Shown here: positions 27,215-39,659 of the stretch, in pieces
Numbering within the stretch: position 1 is the first letter of the stretch
Layout of the letters: each line of letters opens with the position of its first letter
Assembly (NCBI GenBank): GCA_951406725.2
Contig: OX597816.1
Location: 63,178,001 to 63,242,000 of the forward strand
Length of the DNA stretch: 64,000 nucleotides
Direction: 5' to 3'
DNA from: Octopus vulgaris
Lineage: Eukaryota
Notes under the pieces: model-generated
What the model was told of the DNA's origin: nothing
The model's database searches: none
What the model saw: only the letters and a program-made list of their open reading frames with translations
Translations under genes and position numbers: made by a program

Positions 27215-28110
27215 GACAGATCCTGTACACTATAGATCTTGCAATCAGACCTGGACACAATGCAGCAAGGGGATCATGGACTGGCAACTCAAGCTGGCTG
27301 TGGACAAATGTACCACCATGCATTTTGGGAGGAAAAAACCCAGTGTCTAATCTCAAAAGTCTTCTTGTGAACATGACCTGAGCATTATTGTCGACAGCAA
27401 TTTGCATTGGACAAAACACATTGCTAAAATTGCCAAGAAGGCTGAGGATGTCTTGGCATCACTCACCAAGTCCTTTGTGAGCCGTTCTCCGGCTATCTAT
27501 CTGAGGCTTTATATAGCTATAGTGTGACCTCACCTGGAATTTGCATCACCGGTCTGGAATCCCTATCTTTCCCTGGATATTAATCATCTGGAAACCGTTC
27601 AGCGATATACAACCAAGAGAATATCCTCCATCTGGCATTTGCCGTATTCTGAACGCCTTACTTCCCTGGGCATGGATACATTGAAACTCCGACGTCTGAC
27701 AACTGACTTGGCAGACACCCATAAAATTATTAACCATCTTACTGAGCACCTTTTCAAACTCCACCTGTCTTACACCCATGGACATGTTTACAAAGTCAGA
27801 AAGCAGCATGGCTCTTGTAACTTTTGGAAACATTTTTTCGCAATAAGAGTTGCTGAAGCAGGGAACAAACTGCCGCCATAAGTTGTTAGTTGTCGGAGCA
27901 CTGCATCCTTCAAAACTTCCATGCTTCCTGAGATTCGCCAACACTACACCTGATTTTCTCCCCTCCATACACACGCAAGCATGTATCTGACTCATACACT
28001 GTTCACTCTCTAGACATTTGTACATTACTCCATATGCTTTATACGCACTTTTGACAAGTTGTGGGGCACCTGATCCCTGTATACAATAATTTCATTATTA
28101 TTATATTATA
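27215..28110 (+). pseudogene. CR1-type LINE 3' fragment (RT C-terminus and 3' UTR)
   Basis: WQLKLAVDKCTTMHFG, PHLEFASPVWNPY..DINHLETVQR, LPYSERLTSLGMDTLKLRRL..DL, HFFAIRV...NKLP; stops and frameshifts; (ATT)n tail. Confidence 0.85.
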
Positions 28111-28504
28111 AGTTCAGCTATGGCCATATCATCTATTATTCAGAATTAAGTGTATATAGAACTATGTAATGCATCATCATCTTTGTTAACACAGTAAAGT
28201 GTATTTCGAAAAACTTTCGGCTGCTATTTCCAGGAGGTCTGTCACCATGTCGATGCTCTTGCTGAATGTTGGTTTCAAACGTTTGGTGCAGGGCCTGAGA
28301 GTTTGGCAGGAGGGAGTAAGTCTTCTATGTCAATCCTAGTACTCAGCTGGTACTTACTTTCTTGACCCCGACAGAATTAAAAAGCAAAGTCGACACTGGA
28401 GGAATTTGAACTCAGAATGTAAAGATAGGCTAAATGTCATGAAGAATTTTGTCCTGTATGCCAACGATTCTGCCTGCTTGCCACCATAAATATTTTATGC
28501 AGTC

Positions 28505-28812
28505 TTTCCAAGCCTATCCAGGTTCATGGGCCCGGCTTCCCTGTTTCTATGGTGTATGTGTTCCCCTACCCACCAGCTAGATGGGACGCCAGTCCATCGC
28601 AGCATTACTCAAGAAACAGGAAGAAAGAGTGAGAGAAAGTTGGGGCAAAGGAAAACAACAGGGGTCGCCACCACCCCCTGCCGGAGCCTCGTGGATCTTT
28701 AGGTGTTTTCGCTCAATAAACACACAATGCCTGGTCTGGGAATCGAAACCACGATCCTCCGACCACAAGTCTGCTGCCCTAACCACTTAACCACTGGGCC
28801 ATTGCACCTCCA
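28505..28812 (-). mobile_element. SINE family D
   Basis: Reverse complement of 2940-3245. Confidence 0.85.
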
Positions 28813-29284
28813 CTGCCACCATAAACCCTTGTGGAATATGGAAATTACATTGTAGAGTTAATATGCCAGACATCTAAAAGATGTTCCATAGTGAACATTG
28901 TATTCTATATTTCTTCCAAGTGCACCAATCACACTTAGAGCTAGAATATATTTGCTTATACTTCCATAACATGTGTGGGTGTGTGTTTACATGTGTATGA
29001 GTGTGTTAATGTGTTTCTGCATTTGCGTGTTACAACATTTTTATTTTTATATGTAATACATATTTTATGTGCATGCACATATGTATATATATATATATAT
29101 ATGTGTGTATGTATCTATATATGCCCACAGCACACACACATGTATATATATACATATAAACTTGCAAAGATGTGTGTGTGTGTGTGTGTGTATGTATTTA
29201 TATATATATATATTTGTGTATCTATATCTATGTGTGCATGTGTATATATTATGAGTACGCATATATATATACAGAGAGAGAGAG

Positions 29285-29643
29285 AGAATTCACAAAAAAA
29301 AAGATGAAGACAGGTGGAGTAGACAACAAACAGATGTATTAGTATAACGCTCGGGAAGTGAGAAAGTCTTTTATGTTTTGAGCATATGCTCTTCCACAGA
29401 AAGAAACAAGGAGAGAAAATAAAGAATGTGTAGTGGCTAATGTTCTATCATTAGCCCCTACACGCAATTTTTTTCTCTCCTTGTTTCTCTCCTTGTTTCT
29501 TTTCTGTGTATCTTTCTGTCGAAGTGCATAGGCTCGAAACGTAAAAGACTTGTTTTATTTCTATTCCTGAGCGCCATACTAATACATTGTTTGTTTGTAC
29601 TCCACCTGCCTTCATCTTTTGTTTATTTTCGTAAACCTTCCCG

Positions 29644-29645
<2 letters not shown>
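29285..29645. mobile_element. Inverted pair of family F copies forming a ~360-bp palindrome
   Basis: Left copy and right copy (hammerhead-like motif at 29511-29548) face each other across the hairpin gtgtagtggctaatg...cattagcccctacac. Confidence 0.75.
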
Positions 29646-29705
<60 letters not shown>

Positions 29706-29879
29706 GTGTATATGTGTGAGTATGAATGTATGTGTGTGTATATGTATATATATTGCATTTGTGTAACTCATGCACACACATAGAGAAATATGGAAATATA
29801 TATATGCATATAATTGTGTGTATACATATGCATATAATTGTGTGTATATATACATATATATATGTATCTGCATAAGGAT

Positions 29880-30065
29880 ATGATCGATATTTAAATACCG
29901 ATCTTATCAGGTGGCCAGCATGGAAACAAAGATAATAATTATTTAAAATTATAATTTAGGGTACCTAAGAAATACCACCATTAAATGTGGTTTTAGAGTC
30001 AAGTTTTGACTGTTATTTTCAGCGTAGTGGTATCTCCTAGATACCCTAAATTATAATTTTGAATA
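29880..30065. mobile_element. Short foldback element, family G
   Basis: Arms ~29940-29978 and ~30027-30065; homologous to 46855-47067 including the unique flank gatcttat..gtggccagcatggaaa. Confidence 0.7.
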
Positions 30066-30324
30066 CATATATATGTACATATATATATTTATGTATGTAT
30101 AAATATATATACATATGTATGTATATGTATATATATGTAAGTATATATATATGTAAGTATATATATATATATGTATGCAAAAAGCAATAAAGATTCAAGT
30201 CAATTTTAATGAATTTACTTGAATATGGTACCTAACTTAGATGCACCAAAAAACTATACGGTTTTAACAATACAGTAATGTGGGGTGATTATAAGTGAGA
30301 AAGAAGCAACAAGAATGGATAAGT

Positions 30325-30415
30325 TTTTAGTACAATCGTTTCATACAAGGACAGGCTTTATTAAAAGTTGCAAAAATTGCAGCATATAAACGTGTCCCGT
30401 ATTCATCAGCTAAAA
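30325..30415 (-). ncRNA. Type I hammerhead ribozyme in the 3' pseudo-LTR (sense to the PLE ORF)
   Basis: ttttag-CTGATGA-atacgggaca[...]tgtccttgtat-GAAA-cgattg-TA-ctaaaa: 6-bp stem I, ~10-bp stem II, near-palindromic stem III. Confidence 0.8.
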
Positions 30416-30564
30416 TACATGTGAGTTCTCTAGACATCTTAGTGGTTGAGGCTATACTCATGAAGTAATGTAGATAATTAAGTAACATAAACAGATTTCC
30501 AAAGTTCATTAAAGTTCTTTAAAGATGATGTACAGTCTTATCACAGAATTTTAAAAGGTTTTAA

Positions 30565-30856
30565 TAGCATCACAGAGAAGGTGACTTAATCCATAGTGTA
30601 CATATGAATTTCCAGAGATATGAGGAGGGATTACATACTCACAGACGACAAATTTATCCATGGCTAATCACAACGAGGTGGGTCTCAATTCCTGCTTATT
30701 AGCATTACAGAGAGGGTGAATTAATCCTTTGTATAGATGCACAATTTCCAATGGTGTAGATGTAAATTTCCAGAGAAATGAAGAGGAATTTCATATTCAC
30801 AGACGATAAATTTATCAATGGTTGAACACAATGAGGTAGGTATCAATTCTTGCTAT
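30565..30856. repeat. Two diverged tandem units (~135-155 bp) in the PLE 3' region
   Basis: tagcatcacagagaaggtga...cacagacgacaaatttatccatgg...caattcctgct is repeated from 30700. Confidence 0.7.
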
Positions 30857-31902
30857 ATGATTAGGTATTTGCCACATTAATCACATTACTGCTATTTTCA
30901 AGAGACTGTAGCTATTTAACTTTTAAAGGCTGAAGGGCTTTCTAGAGAGGCAAAGAACAGAAAGGGAAGGAAAGAGAGGAAAAGAGAGAAAATAAAGGAG
31001 GAGGGAGCAAAAAAAAGGGGGGGGGACTAAAAGAGAAGAGAAAAGGAAAAAGAAAAAAAGAAAAAAGAGAATAAGAAGAAGAAAAAGAAAAAAGAGAAAA
31101 GAGAAAGAAAAGAAAGAGGGAAAGAAGGGAGAAAAGAAAAAGAAAAAGAGGGTTCTAGTTATACAGAAGAATTAGTAGACGGCAAGTCTGGTTTTAATTT
31201 GCAGGCATCTAGGAACTAGAGGAGAATATTATTCCTTGACCAGTAAAACAGCTAATTTATTGCTAACGTGACGCCGTTGAAAGCAGTTATGAATTTAAAG
31301 AGAATCTAAAGAGATAACAAGGTCAGGGGTATAGGGGTCAAAGGCTAAAATCAAAAGAAAATACATTAGGAAAATCTAAGTATAATCTTATCAAAAAGTC
31401 ATTAAAATTTATTTATTTAATTTATTCGTTTTACTGTCTTAAGGAGTTGCCGTTATTATTCATACATTGAGGGACTACAGGTCAAATCTTAGAAGATCAT
31501 TTACAAGGTGTTAGGGAATTGTCTATCATAATGAAGATATTCATACTATCATCGAGGGAGTAGCCTTATTTATTTAATTTTGAAATAGAATTATGAGGCT
31601 TTAGTAACTCATTTTATTTTATTAAAGTTATGTTATTTAAATTAGATTAAGTTAAGAATTAAAAATTAAAAATTAAAATTAAGATTTAAAATTAAGATTT
31701 AAAATTATGAATTTGAAATTAAATAAAGCCTCAATTAAGCAGCGTATAAGTACTATTTATTTCCCTGTTCTCAAAAAACTGATGCAGATATAAGGAAAAA
31801 GATAACTGTAGTGTGAGAACTCTTAGTTATCTACTTAAAGCAGTGCTATACTAGTAAAAATCAAGTTATATCTATCTATCTATCTAGTTACGAATATTCT
31901 AA

Positions 31903-33378
31903 TCATTTAAAATATTTTAAAGTCTTCAATTTAGCGTGGACACAAACTTGACCTAGTTCGATATGGTTATTCAATAAGTTTCTATGTTTTCTATGCTTTA
32001 GAATTTCATACGTCTCCATGGAGCATAGTTGGCAACCAACCCTGCTATTTTTATACGGAATTGCTCTCCTAACTATTTCCCAATTAAGGTTATAATTATT
32101 GTTATTATTTTTGAGTTCCCAGATTTTGTTTGAAAGTGTGGTGGTACCAGCTTTATGACGTAATTTAAAAGACGAGATGTGATTTCTAACTCTGGCTAGA
32201 AAATTAATTGTACATCCAATGTAAAAATATTTGTTATTCTCCGTGGATATGGTACATTTATAGATTACATTATTTTCCCCGCATAGACCAGGTGCCGGGC
32301 ATTTTGATTTTATTCTACACTTACACACAGGAGGAACAACTTCAGGTTTTGGATAATTCTTGGGTAGATGTCTTAGGTTCCTATTATTTTGATTATCATG
32401 AGTATAATTGTCCTTATTGTTATTAATATTTTTATAGTTGGTGCTGATATCTAAAGTATTGCTATTATTTATTGATCCTTCTGTTTCATCTTTTAGGTCT
32501 AAAGTCCTACCATGATTTTTTATATTATTGGTAATGTTACTATTATTGTTAGTCTTTTTATCCAACTGCATATTGTTGTTATAGATATCACTGATATTTT
32601 CATTCTCCTTATTTTCTCCATTAGCCTTATTTCTATTATTTCTATTATTAACATTATTACTTCTATTAATATCGGTATTGTTATTATTACTATTAATGTT
32701 AATGTTATTAGTCATTCTGTGGTTACTAATTTCACCCATGTTCTGATAGTTACTATTGCTGTTTTTATTGTTGGTAGTATTATTATAGTTGCTATTGGTA
32801 TTCATGCTGATATTATTATTTTTATTTCTATCTTTCCTGGCTAGTTTAATTTTGTTATTATTAATCTTAGCTATTAAAGTGGACATATTTGGGAGGGTTG
32901 AATAAGAAATCCTAACTGTTTTCCTAGAAATAATTCTATGATATCTATGAGAGATTGGGAAATTTTTTTCTAGAATTACTTTGAATTTGTTCTGTATATC
33001 CGATTGTATCGCACAGTTGAAAGGAATATTCAGCCATATTATATCTTTTTTATTAAATTTAGGGTTCGTAGAATTATTACTATTCATCTCACCAGAGTTA
33101 TTGTATTTATTACCATTATTTTTATTTTTATTTGTGTGCATCTTTGGTTTATCTACTTCGATATTATCCGAGTTACCTATGTTTTGGTCAATGCTTCTAT
33201 TTGAATTGTTGGGCCTGTACGTTAGATTAGCGTTTACCGTTAATTTAATTCTACTTTTATTTCGGGCTTGGTCTGTATTGCTGCTTACGTGATTACTGAT
33301 AACTTCTTTATTAGGAATACGTAAGTTCTCCTTATCAACGAATGTAATCTTTTGGTTGTATCCTGCCTTAGTTAATGC
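31903..33378 (-). CDS. PLE polyprotein C-terminus: Asn-rich linker plus GIY-YIG endonuclease (frame open from 33378; first Met at 33141)
   Basis: ALTKAGY...IIWLNIPF...NFP..H.YHRI..R.TVRISYS..PN; CKCR.K..CP..G.C; NVIY...YFYIGCT..F.AR..NH..SF; CQLC..E; LLN; CVH. Confidence 0.85.
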   Translation of the reverse strand, partial: ALTKAGYNQKITFVDKENLRIPNKEVISNHVSSNTDQARNKSRIKLTVNANLTYRPNNSNRSIDQNIGNSDNIEVDKPKMHTNKNKNNGNKYNNSGEMNSNNSTNPKFNKKDIIWLNIPFNCAIQSDIQNKFKVILEKNFPISHRYHRIISRKTVRISYSTLPNMSTLIAKINNNKIKLARKDRNKNNNISMNTNSNYNNTTNNKNSNSNYQNMGEISNHRMTNNININSNNNNTDINRSNNVNNRNNRNKANGENKENENISDIYNNNMQLDKKTNNNSNITNNIKNHGRTLDLKDETEGSINNSNTLDISTNYKNINNNKDNYTHDNQNNRNLRHLPKNYPKPEVVPPVCKCRIKSKCPAPGLCGENNVIYKCTISTENNKYFYIGCTINFLARVRNHISSFKLRHKAGTTTLSNKIWELKNNNNNYNLNWEIVRRAIPYKNSRVGCQLCSMETYEILKHRKHRNLLNNHIELGQVCVHAKLKTLKYFK

Positions 33379-33500
33379 TCAGAATGGGAGTTAAATATAT
33401 CCTTATTGGATGATAATTTTGAAATTCTTAATGAAATATTTCTTACTAAAGATTCAATTATATTTGGGGGATGATTTGATAATTTATTTACGTAATTCGT
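33379..33500 (-). pseudogene. Frameshifted PLE RT-thumb remnant upstream of the GIY-YIG frame
   Basis: Manual translation TNYVNKLSNHPPNIIESLVRNISLRISKLSSNKDIFNSHSE (SNHP motif); shifts frame into ALTKAGY at ~33380. Confidence 0.8.
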
Positions 33501-33673
33501 GATTTCGCCTTCCTGTGATGCTATTAAAACCTTTTTAAAATTCTGTGATAAGACTGTACATCATCTTTAAAGAACTTTAATGAACTTTGGAAATCTGTTT
33601 ATGTTACTTAATTATCTACATTACTTCATGAGTATAGCCTCAACCACTAAGATGTCTAGAGAACTCACATGTA

Positions 33674-33764
33674 TTTTAGCTGATGAGTACGGGACACGTT
33701 TATATGCTGCAATTTTTGCAACTTTTAATAAAGCCTGTCCTTGTATGAAACGATTGTACTAAAA
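33674..33764 (+). ncRNA. Type I hammerhead ribozyme in the inverted 5' pseudo-LTR copy
   Basis: ttttag-CTGATGA-gtacgggaca[...]tgtccttgtat-GAAA-cgattg-TA-ctaaaa; predicted cleavage after 33758. Confidence 0.8.
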
Positions 33765-34045
33765 ACTTATCCATTCTTGTTGCTTCTTTCTCGCGTATAT
33801 ATATGTATGTATATTTATATATATATATATATCATCATCATCATCATCATCATCGTTTGTATATATATATATGTACATATATATGTGTGTATATATATAT
33901 GTATATATACATATGTAAGTATATGCATGTATATATGTATGTATATATATATGTATATAGATATGTATATTTATATATATATCTGTATGTCTATATATAT
34001 ATATTTGTGTGTATATATGTGTGTGAGCATATATGTATACATATA

Positions 34046-34121
<76 letters not shown>

Positions 34122-34580
34122 CATATATATATATGTATATGTATGTATTATGAATATGTATATATTAAAACAGAATGATCAAACGAAAGTATTTCGTTAT
34201 CACTGTTATATATTTGATCACCTGGAAATGAGTTTTTCATCTCAACATTTATTTATTTTCAATTACTTCTCCAATTCGAAGTAATTTTGCCTGAATTCTA
34301 TTTTGTTTGAAGTTATCGAAAATATCAGACGCTATTAAACGTAGGTGTTCCAAAATACATTTGTTTTGTGATTGAAGATAAATCTTCATTTCTACAAAAG
34401 TATGATACGTATGACAAATATATCGCTTTGGTTTCGGTATTAATGATCTTGTTAGATAAACTTCTGTTGATATTTAAGATAAATATTAAAAAAAAAAGAA
34501 ACAAAAATGTATTTGTGATATATGCGTACCTATGTCAATGTGTTTGTGTGTATAGGTATGAATGCTTATATGTGTGCATG

Positions 34581-34613
<33 letters not shown>

Positions 34614-34736
34614 TTATATCTCTCTCTCTATATATATATATACATATATGTCGACATATATATATGTATATATATATGTAATAAACAAACATATATGTAT
34701 ATGTAATAAATAAACATGTATATATACATACATACA

Positions 34737-34785
<49 letters not shown>

Positions 34786-34892
34786 ACATATCTGTGTATA
34801 TATGTTTATATATGTATATATATGTTCATCTATATATATATATATATATATATGTATGTTTATGTATATATATATGTATGCATATATATATA

Positions 34893-36080
34893 AGGATGGC
34901 TCCCTCACAGACAGTCCAACTAAGATCAGTGAGATGCTGAATGACCAGTGTCTTTACCACCCCATTGGAACACAGACAAGTGAACAAACCAGTGGACTTC
35001 TTTGCCACCTCACCTATAACCAGCGAGGCGGTTACAATAGAATGTATTGACATTAGCGAAGAAGATGTCCTACTAGCCATAGATGAAGTGGACACAAACT
35101 CAACTGCTGGTCCAGATGGTTTCCCAGCAATCCTCCTCAAAGCGTGTAAATATGCCCTGGCAAAACCCCTCAAGATTCTCTTCCAGAGCTTTCTTACAAA
35201 TGGCAAACTGCCAAGCAAGCTGAAGCTAATATGCCCAATACATAAAGGGGGAAGTAGAGCAGATGCCAAAAACTATAGGCCTATCTCTCTGACTTCACAC
35301 ATCAGCGAAGTCATGGAACAGATAGTCAGAAAGAAACTAATCGCATTCCTTGATGAAAATAACTTGCAGAGTGATACCCAGCATGGTTTTCGACCATGTA
35401 GGAGCTGCCTGACCCAGCTCTTACAACATTATGACTGGGTGTTGAGGCAGTTACTCAACAAATCAAATGTGGACGTAATCTACCTTGATTTGCAAAGGCT
35501 TTTGACAAGGTGGATCATTGTATGATATGCTACAAACTGCGTGACCTCGGCATAGCTGGAAAACTTGGAGTGTGGTTACATGACTTCCTGAAAGATAGGA
35601 GTCAGGCAGTAGTGGTTAATGGAGCCACCTCTATGAACACACAAATAGTGAGCAGTGTTCCACGGGGCACTGTCTTGGGACCACTGCTTTTTATAGTGGC
35701 CCTCTCAGATATGCCCTCAAATGCCCAGATAGCCACTCTGGCAAGCTATGCAGATGATACAAAAGCCTCGCAGAAAATACAGAACCCCAGTGATGTTGCA
35801 CACCTGCAGCAGGAGTTGGACTCAATCTACAGATGGGCTGAGGATAATAATATGCAGTTTAATGCTGAAAAATTCCAGGCCCTGCACTACCAGCATTCAA
35901 AACTGAATATTAAACTTACAGGATACACCGGTCCACAGGGAATTTCAATCTCAGAGCCTAAGTCTATGAGGGACCTGGGTATCAACATGAGTGAGGATAC
36001 CTCTTTCCAAGTGCACATTACCAGGATGGCGACAAAGTGCAGACGACTGGCTGGATGGATCCTAAGAACATTCAGAACCA
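34893..36080 (+). pseudogene. CR1-type LINE reverse transcriptase fragment
   Basis: AGPDG, NYRPISLTS, QHGFR..RSCLTQL, DVIYLD / frameshift ~35490 / AKAFDKVDH, VPRGTVLGPLLF, YADDTK, W..DNNMQFN..K; truncated at both ends. Confidence 0.92.
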
Positions 36081-36214
36081 CTGATAGAATATGTACTAGG
36101 CTTACAAAGAATAAGTCCTGGGGTCGATTTGCTCGACTAAAGGCGGTACTCCAGCATTGCCACAATCAAAAGACTGAAACAAGCAAAAGAGTAAAGAGTA
36201 TATATATACATATA

Positions 36215-36590
36215 TGATACCTGTGCCAGTCGCACGTAAAAGCACCATACGAATGTGGCCGATGCCAGCGCTGCCTTGACCGGGTTCCGTGCCGGTGGCA
36301 CGTAAAAAGCACCAGCCGAAGGTGGCCGTTGCCATCCTCCCCTAGCACCTGTGCTAGGTTAGTGGGTGGTTTTTATGTGCCGGTGGCATGTAAAAACCAC
36401 ACACTACACTTTCGCAGTGGTTGGCGTTAAGAATGGCATCCAGCTGTAGAAACACTGCCAGATCAGACTGGAGACTGGTGCAGCCTCCTGGCTTCCCAGA
36501 CCCCAGTCGAACCATCCAACCCATGCTAGCATGGAAAACGGACATTAAACGATGCTGATGAGGATGATGATGATGATGATCATGATATAT
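36215..36590 (+). mobile_element. SINE family C, preceded by a family B 3' fragment at 36080-36198
   Basis: Family C body and (GAT)n tail. Confidence 0.8.
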
Positions 36591-36686
36591 ATATAATCAT
36601 ATCAAAGGGAAATGGAAATTTATTTAAATTTACAATTCTAGTGGTCTAACGTGTAAAAAAATTAGTCAAAAAGACTATACATTAGT

Positions 36687-36886
36687 CATACGATATAGTG
36701 TATATTTAAATACATAAGGAATCCACTTATAAGAATTCAACATTTTAAATGTTTTTCATTTTTCAATTCATTCCTGTCGAATTTTATCCCTAATTTTTGT
36801 GGTTATAGAACCTTGCTGTTCTTTCTAGCATGTAGAATTCCTACAAGCAGATTCCTTATGTGTTTAAATATACACTATATCATGTG
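36687..36886. repeat. Foldback element with ~55-bp arms
   Basis: gatatagtgtatatttaaatacataaggaatc pairs with gattccttatgtgtttaaatatacactatatc. Confidence 0.75.
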
Positions 36887-38218
36887 TATATATATATATA
36901 TATATATACATATACATGATGTTTGCTAGAGTGATGTATCTGTTTTCCTCTTTAGTAGTTAATATAAGAAACACATTTTCTTTATTTAGTGATGACGGCT
37001 GCCTATTTATATTGATGTATTTCATAGTTAAATGACTCTTTCATGTTTTGCTTCCTCTTAGTTATTTGACATTATGTTATTGATAATTTGGAAAGAGCTT
37101 GGCATCTTTTGATGTTGTTTATCTGACATTTACACTGCAGTCATAGTTATGTCGACAGAGAATGTTTAGATTTTGTCAGGTTATTTTTCTTTCTATTTTT
37201 AATTTAAATTTGATTTGTTTTTTTTTTTTAGAATCCTTTAATATTAAAATATACGAAATTGCAGTCATTATCATCATCGGTTTCACATCCATTTCTCCAT
37301 GATTGCATGGGTCGGTTGTAATTTGTTGTGATGCAAAATTTTCTGTGACTGGATGCCTATCCTGTTTCCAACCCTCACCTGTTTCCAAGTAAAGTAATAC
37401 TTTCCCCCATGGCCAAGCATGTTTTCTGGGAAGATTGGAACCAAAAGACACTGCTTGTATGGTGGTTGCTCCTGTTTACAGCTATGACTTTGCCAAGGGA
37501 AAGAGACTAACACAAACACACGCACACAAATGAATAAATACATACATACACACAAACACAAATATATACGCACACACATACATACACACACATATTAATG
37601 CATACATTCACGCACACAAACATACACACACACACTTACACAAATAAATAAATACATACACACAAACAAATATACACACACACATATATATATACACACA
37701 CATATTAATATATACATTCGCACTCACACACACTCACACAAATACATATACACACACACACACTCACACAAATACATACAATGACACACACACACGGTCA
37801 TATATATGTATGTATGTATGTGTATATATGTGTGTGTGTGTTTGTGTCTGTGTTTTTCTCCCCTACCATCGCTTGACAACCGATGCTGGTGTGTTTATGT
37901 CCCTGTAACTAAGCAGTTTGGCAAAAGAGACCGATAGAATAAGTACTAGACTTACAAAGAAAAAGTCCTGGGGTCGATTTGTTCAACTAAAGGCGGTGCT
38001 CCAGCATGGCCGCAGTCAAATGACTGAAACAAGTAAAAGAATAAAGGAATAAAAGAATATGTATGTGTGCGTGTGTGTGTTTGTGTGTCTGAGTTTGTCC
38101 CCTAACATCGCTTGTGCTTACGTCCCTGTAACTTAGCAGTTCAGCAAAAGAGACCAATAGAATAGGTACTACTAGGCTTACAAAATATACGTACTGGGGT
38201 TGATTTGCTCGACTAAAG

Positions 38219-38311
38219 GCAGTGCTCCAGCATGGCTGCAGTGCTCCAGCATGGCTGCAGTGCTCCAGCATGGCTGCAGTGCTCCAGCATGGCTGCAGTG
38301 CTCCAGCATGG
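38219..38311. repeat. 19-bp minisatellite x5 derived from the SINE B 3' end
   Basis: gcagtgctccagcatggct repeated five times. Confidence 0.9.
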
Positions 38312-38677
38312 CCTGAAGTTATAGCTGAAGCCACTTGTGCTGTGGGGCTGAACTCAAAATCTTGTGGTTGGCAAACAAACGTCTTAATTACACTACCATA
38401 AATACGTAAGCAAATGCCACAAGTTATTTCATCTTATGCTCCACTAATTCTACTGCCCACACACTCTACTGTAAATTTCATCATTTCTATTTTTATGTTT
38501 CTCTTTACATAACAACTCTTCTTCTACTAATACCTCATTCAGTCAGTCGATTTGTTAGTCAATCCACAATGAGTATGTTTCTTGCGTCAGGCGGCAGTTT
38601 TCTTTCAGAGTTTCCTGTCAGGTTGCATCATCTTCTGTATTTTATATGTATTTTATAAGTATCAGTTGACAACTCAT

Positions 38678-38866
38678 TTACTCTGATTTACTTCTTTCAG
38701 TCATTTGACTGTGGGCATGCTGGAGCACCGCCTTTAGTTGAGCAAATCGACCCCAGGACTTATTCTTTGTAAACCTAGTACTTATTCTATCGGTCCCCTT
38801 TGCCGAACGTAAACATGCCAGCATCGGTTGTGATGTGATGTGAGGGGGACAAACACAGACACACAA

Positions 38867-38899
<33 letters not shown>

Positions 38900-39058
38900 C
38901 CACGGGCTTCTTTCAGTTTCCGTCTACCAAATCCACTCACAAGGCTTTGGTCAGCCCTAGGCTATAATAGTAGACATTTGCCCTAGGTGCCACGCACCTA
39001 GAACCTGGAACCATGTGGTTGATAAGCAAGCTACTTACTACACAGCCACTCCTACGCC
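38678..39058 (-). mobile_element. SINE family B
   Basis: Reverse-complement copy ending acacagccactcctacgcc. Confidence 0.8.
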
Positions 39059-39428
39059 TTGTATATTCACGTTGTTTTTTAATTAAGTATGCATTATCTA
39101 GCAGCTTTGAGATTTCAATTATTATTTAGTCTTAGAATGACATTGTAGGGTAGGTGTTCAAAACCAGATCTGGTTAGTTTAAACATAAAAGAAGTACAAT
39201 ATTTGGGCCTCAGTATTTATTTTACATCCTGTCCTTATTGCATCAGTCCCTTTCTTGCGCATGTGGGGGGTCAATAAATTAGAATACTAGCTATCAAGTA
39301 CTAGGGTCGATTTAATTGACTAACTTGCCTCTCCTCAAAATTGCAGACCATCAAACTGTGGTTCAAGTAATTATCAAATACTGCATTATCTAACTTATTC
39401 TTCTTTAAGAAAGAGTGATATTTAAAGT

Positions 39429-39659
39429 AATTGCAGCGTGGAAGGTGTTTATAAGCCATTTAAGAAACACACAAAAACCGTTAGATTCACTTCAACATTT
39501 AAATTTAATTTGTCAAAATATTTTCGTCGTTTTCAGTGAACAGGTTGCGGTCTCAAAGCGACGAAAATATTTTGACAAATTAAATTTAAATGTTGAAGTG
39601 AATCTAACTGAAAATGTGTGTTTCTTAAATGGCTTATAAACACCTTCCACGCTGCAATT
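39429..39659. mobile_element. Near-perfect 231-bp foldback palindrome
   Basis: ~105-bp arms aattgcagcgtggaagg...ttttcgtcg / cgacgaaaa...ccttccacgctgcaatt around a ~20-nt loop. Confidence 0.9.

Larger units (their letters stand above)
30177..33792 (-). mobile_element. Penelope-like retroelement, 5'-truncated, with inverted pseudo-LTR arrangement
   Basis: GIY-YIG ORF plus RT-thumb remnant; ~285-bp near-identical inverted repeats at 30297-30584 and 33505-33792, each with a hammerhead motif; sits between (TA)n tracts. Confidence 0.9.

Noticed and set aside
30327-30509. Identical 60-aa ORFs at 30327-30509 (-) and 33580-33762 (+)
   Set aside because: Identity simply reflects the inverted pseudo-LTR; the constraint is better explained by the hammerhead RNA structure.
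33379-33381. In-frame TGA as a possible selenocysteine codon in the PLE
   Set aside because: The upstream conserved SNHP block is in a different frame, so this is a frameshift or deletion; no SECIS element was recognised by eye.
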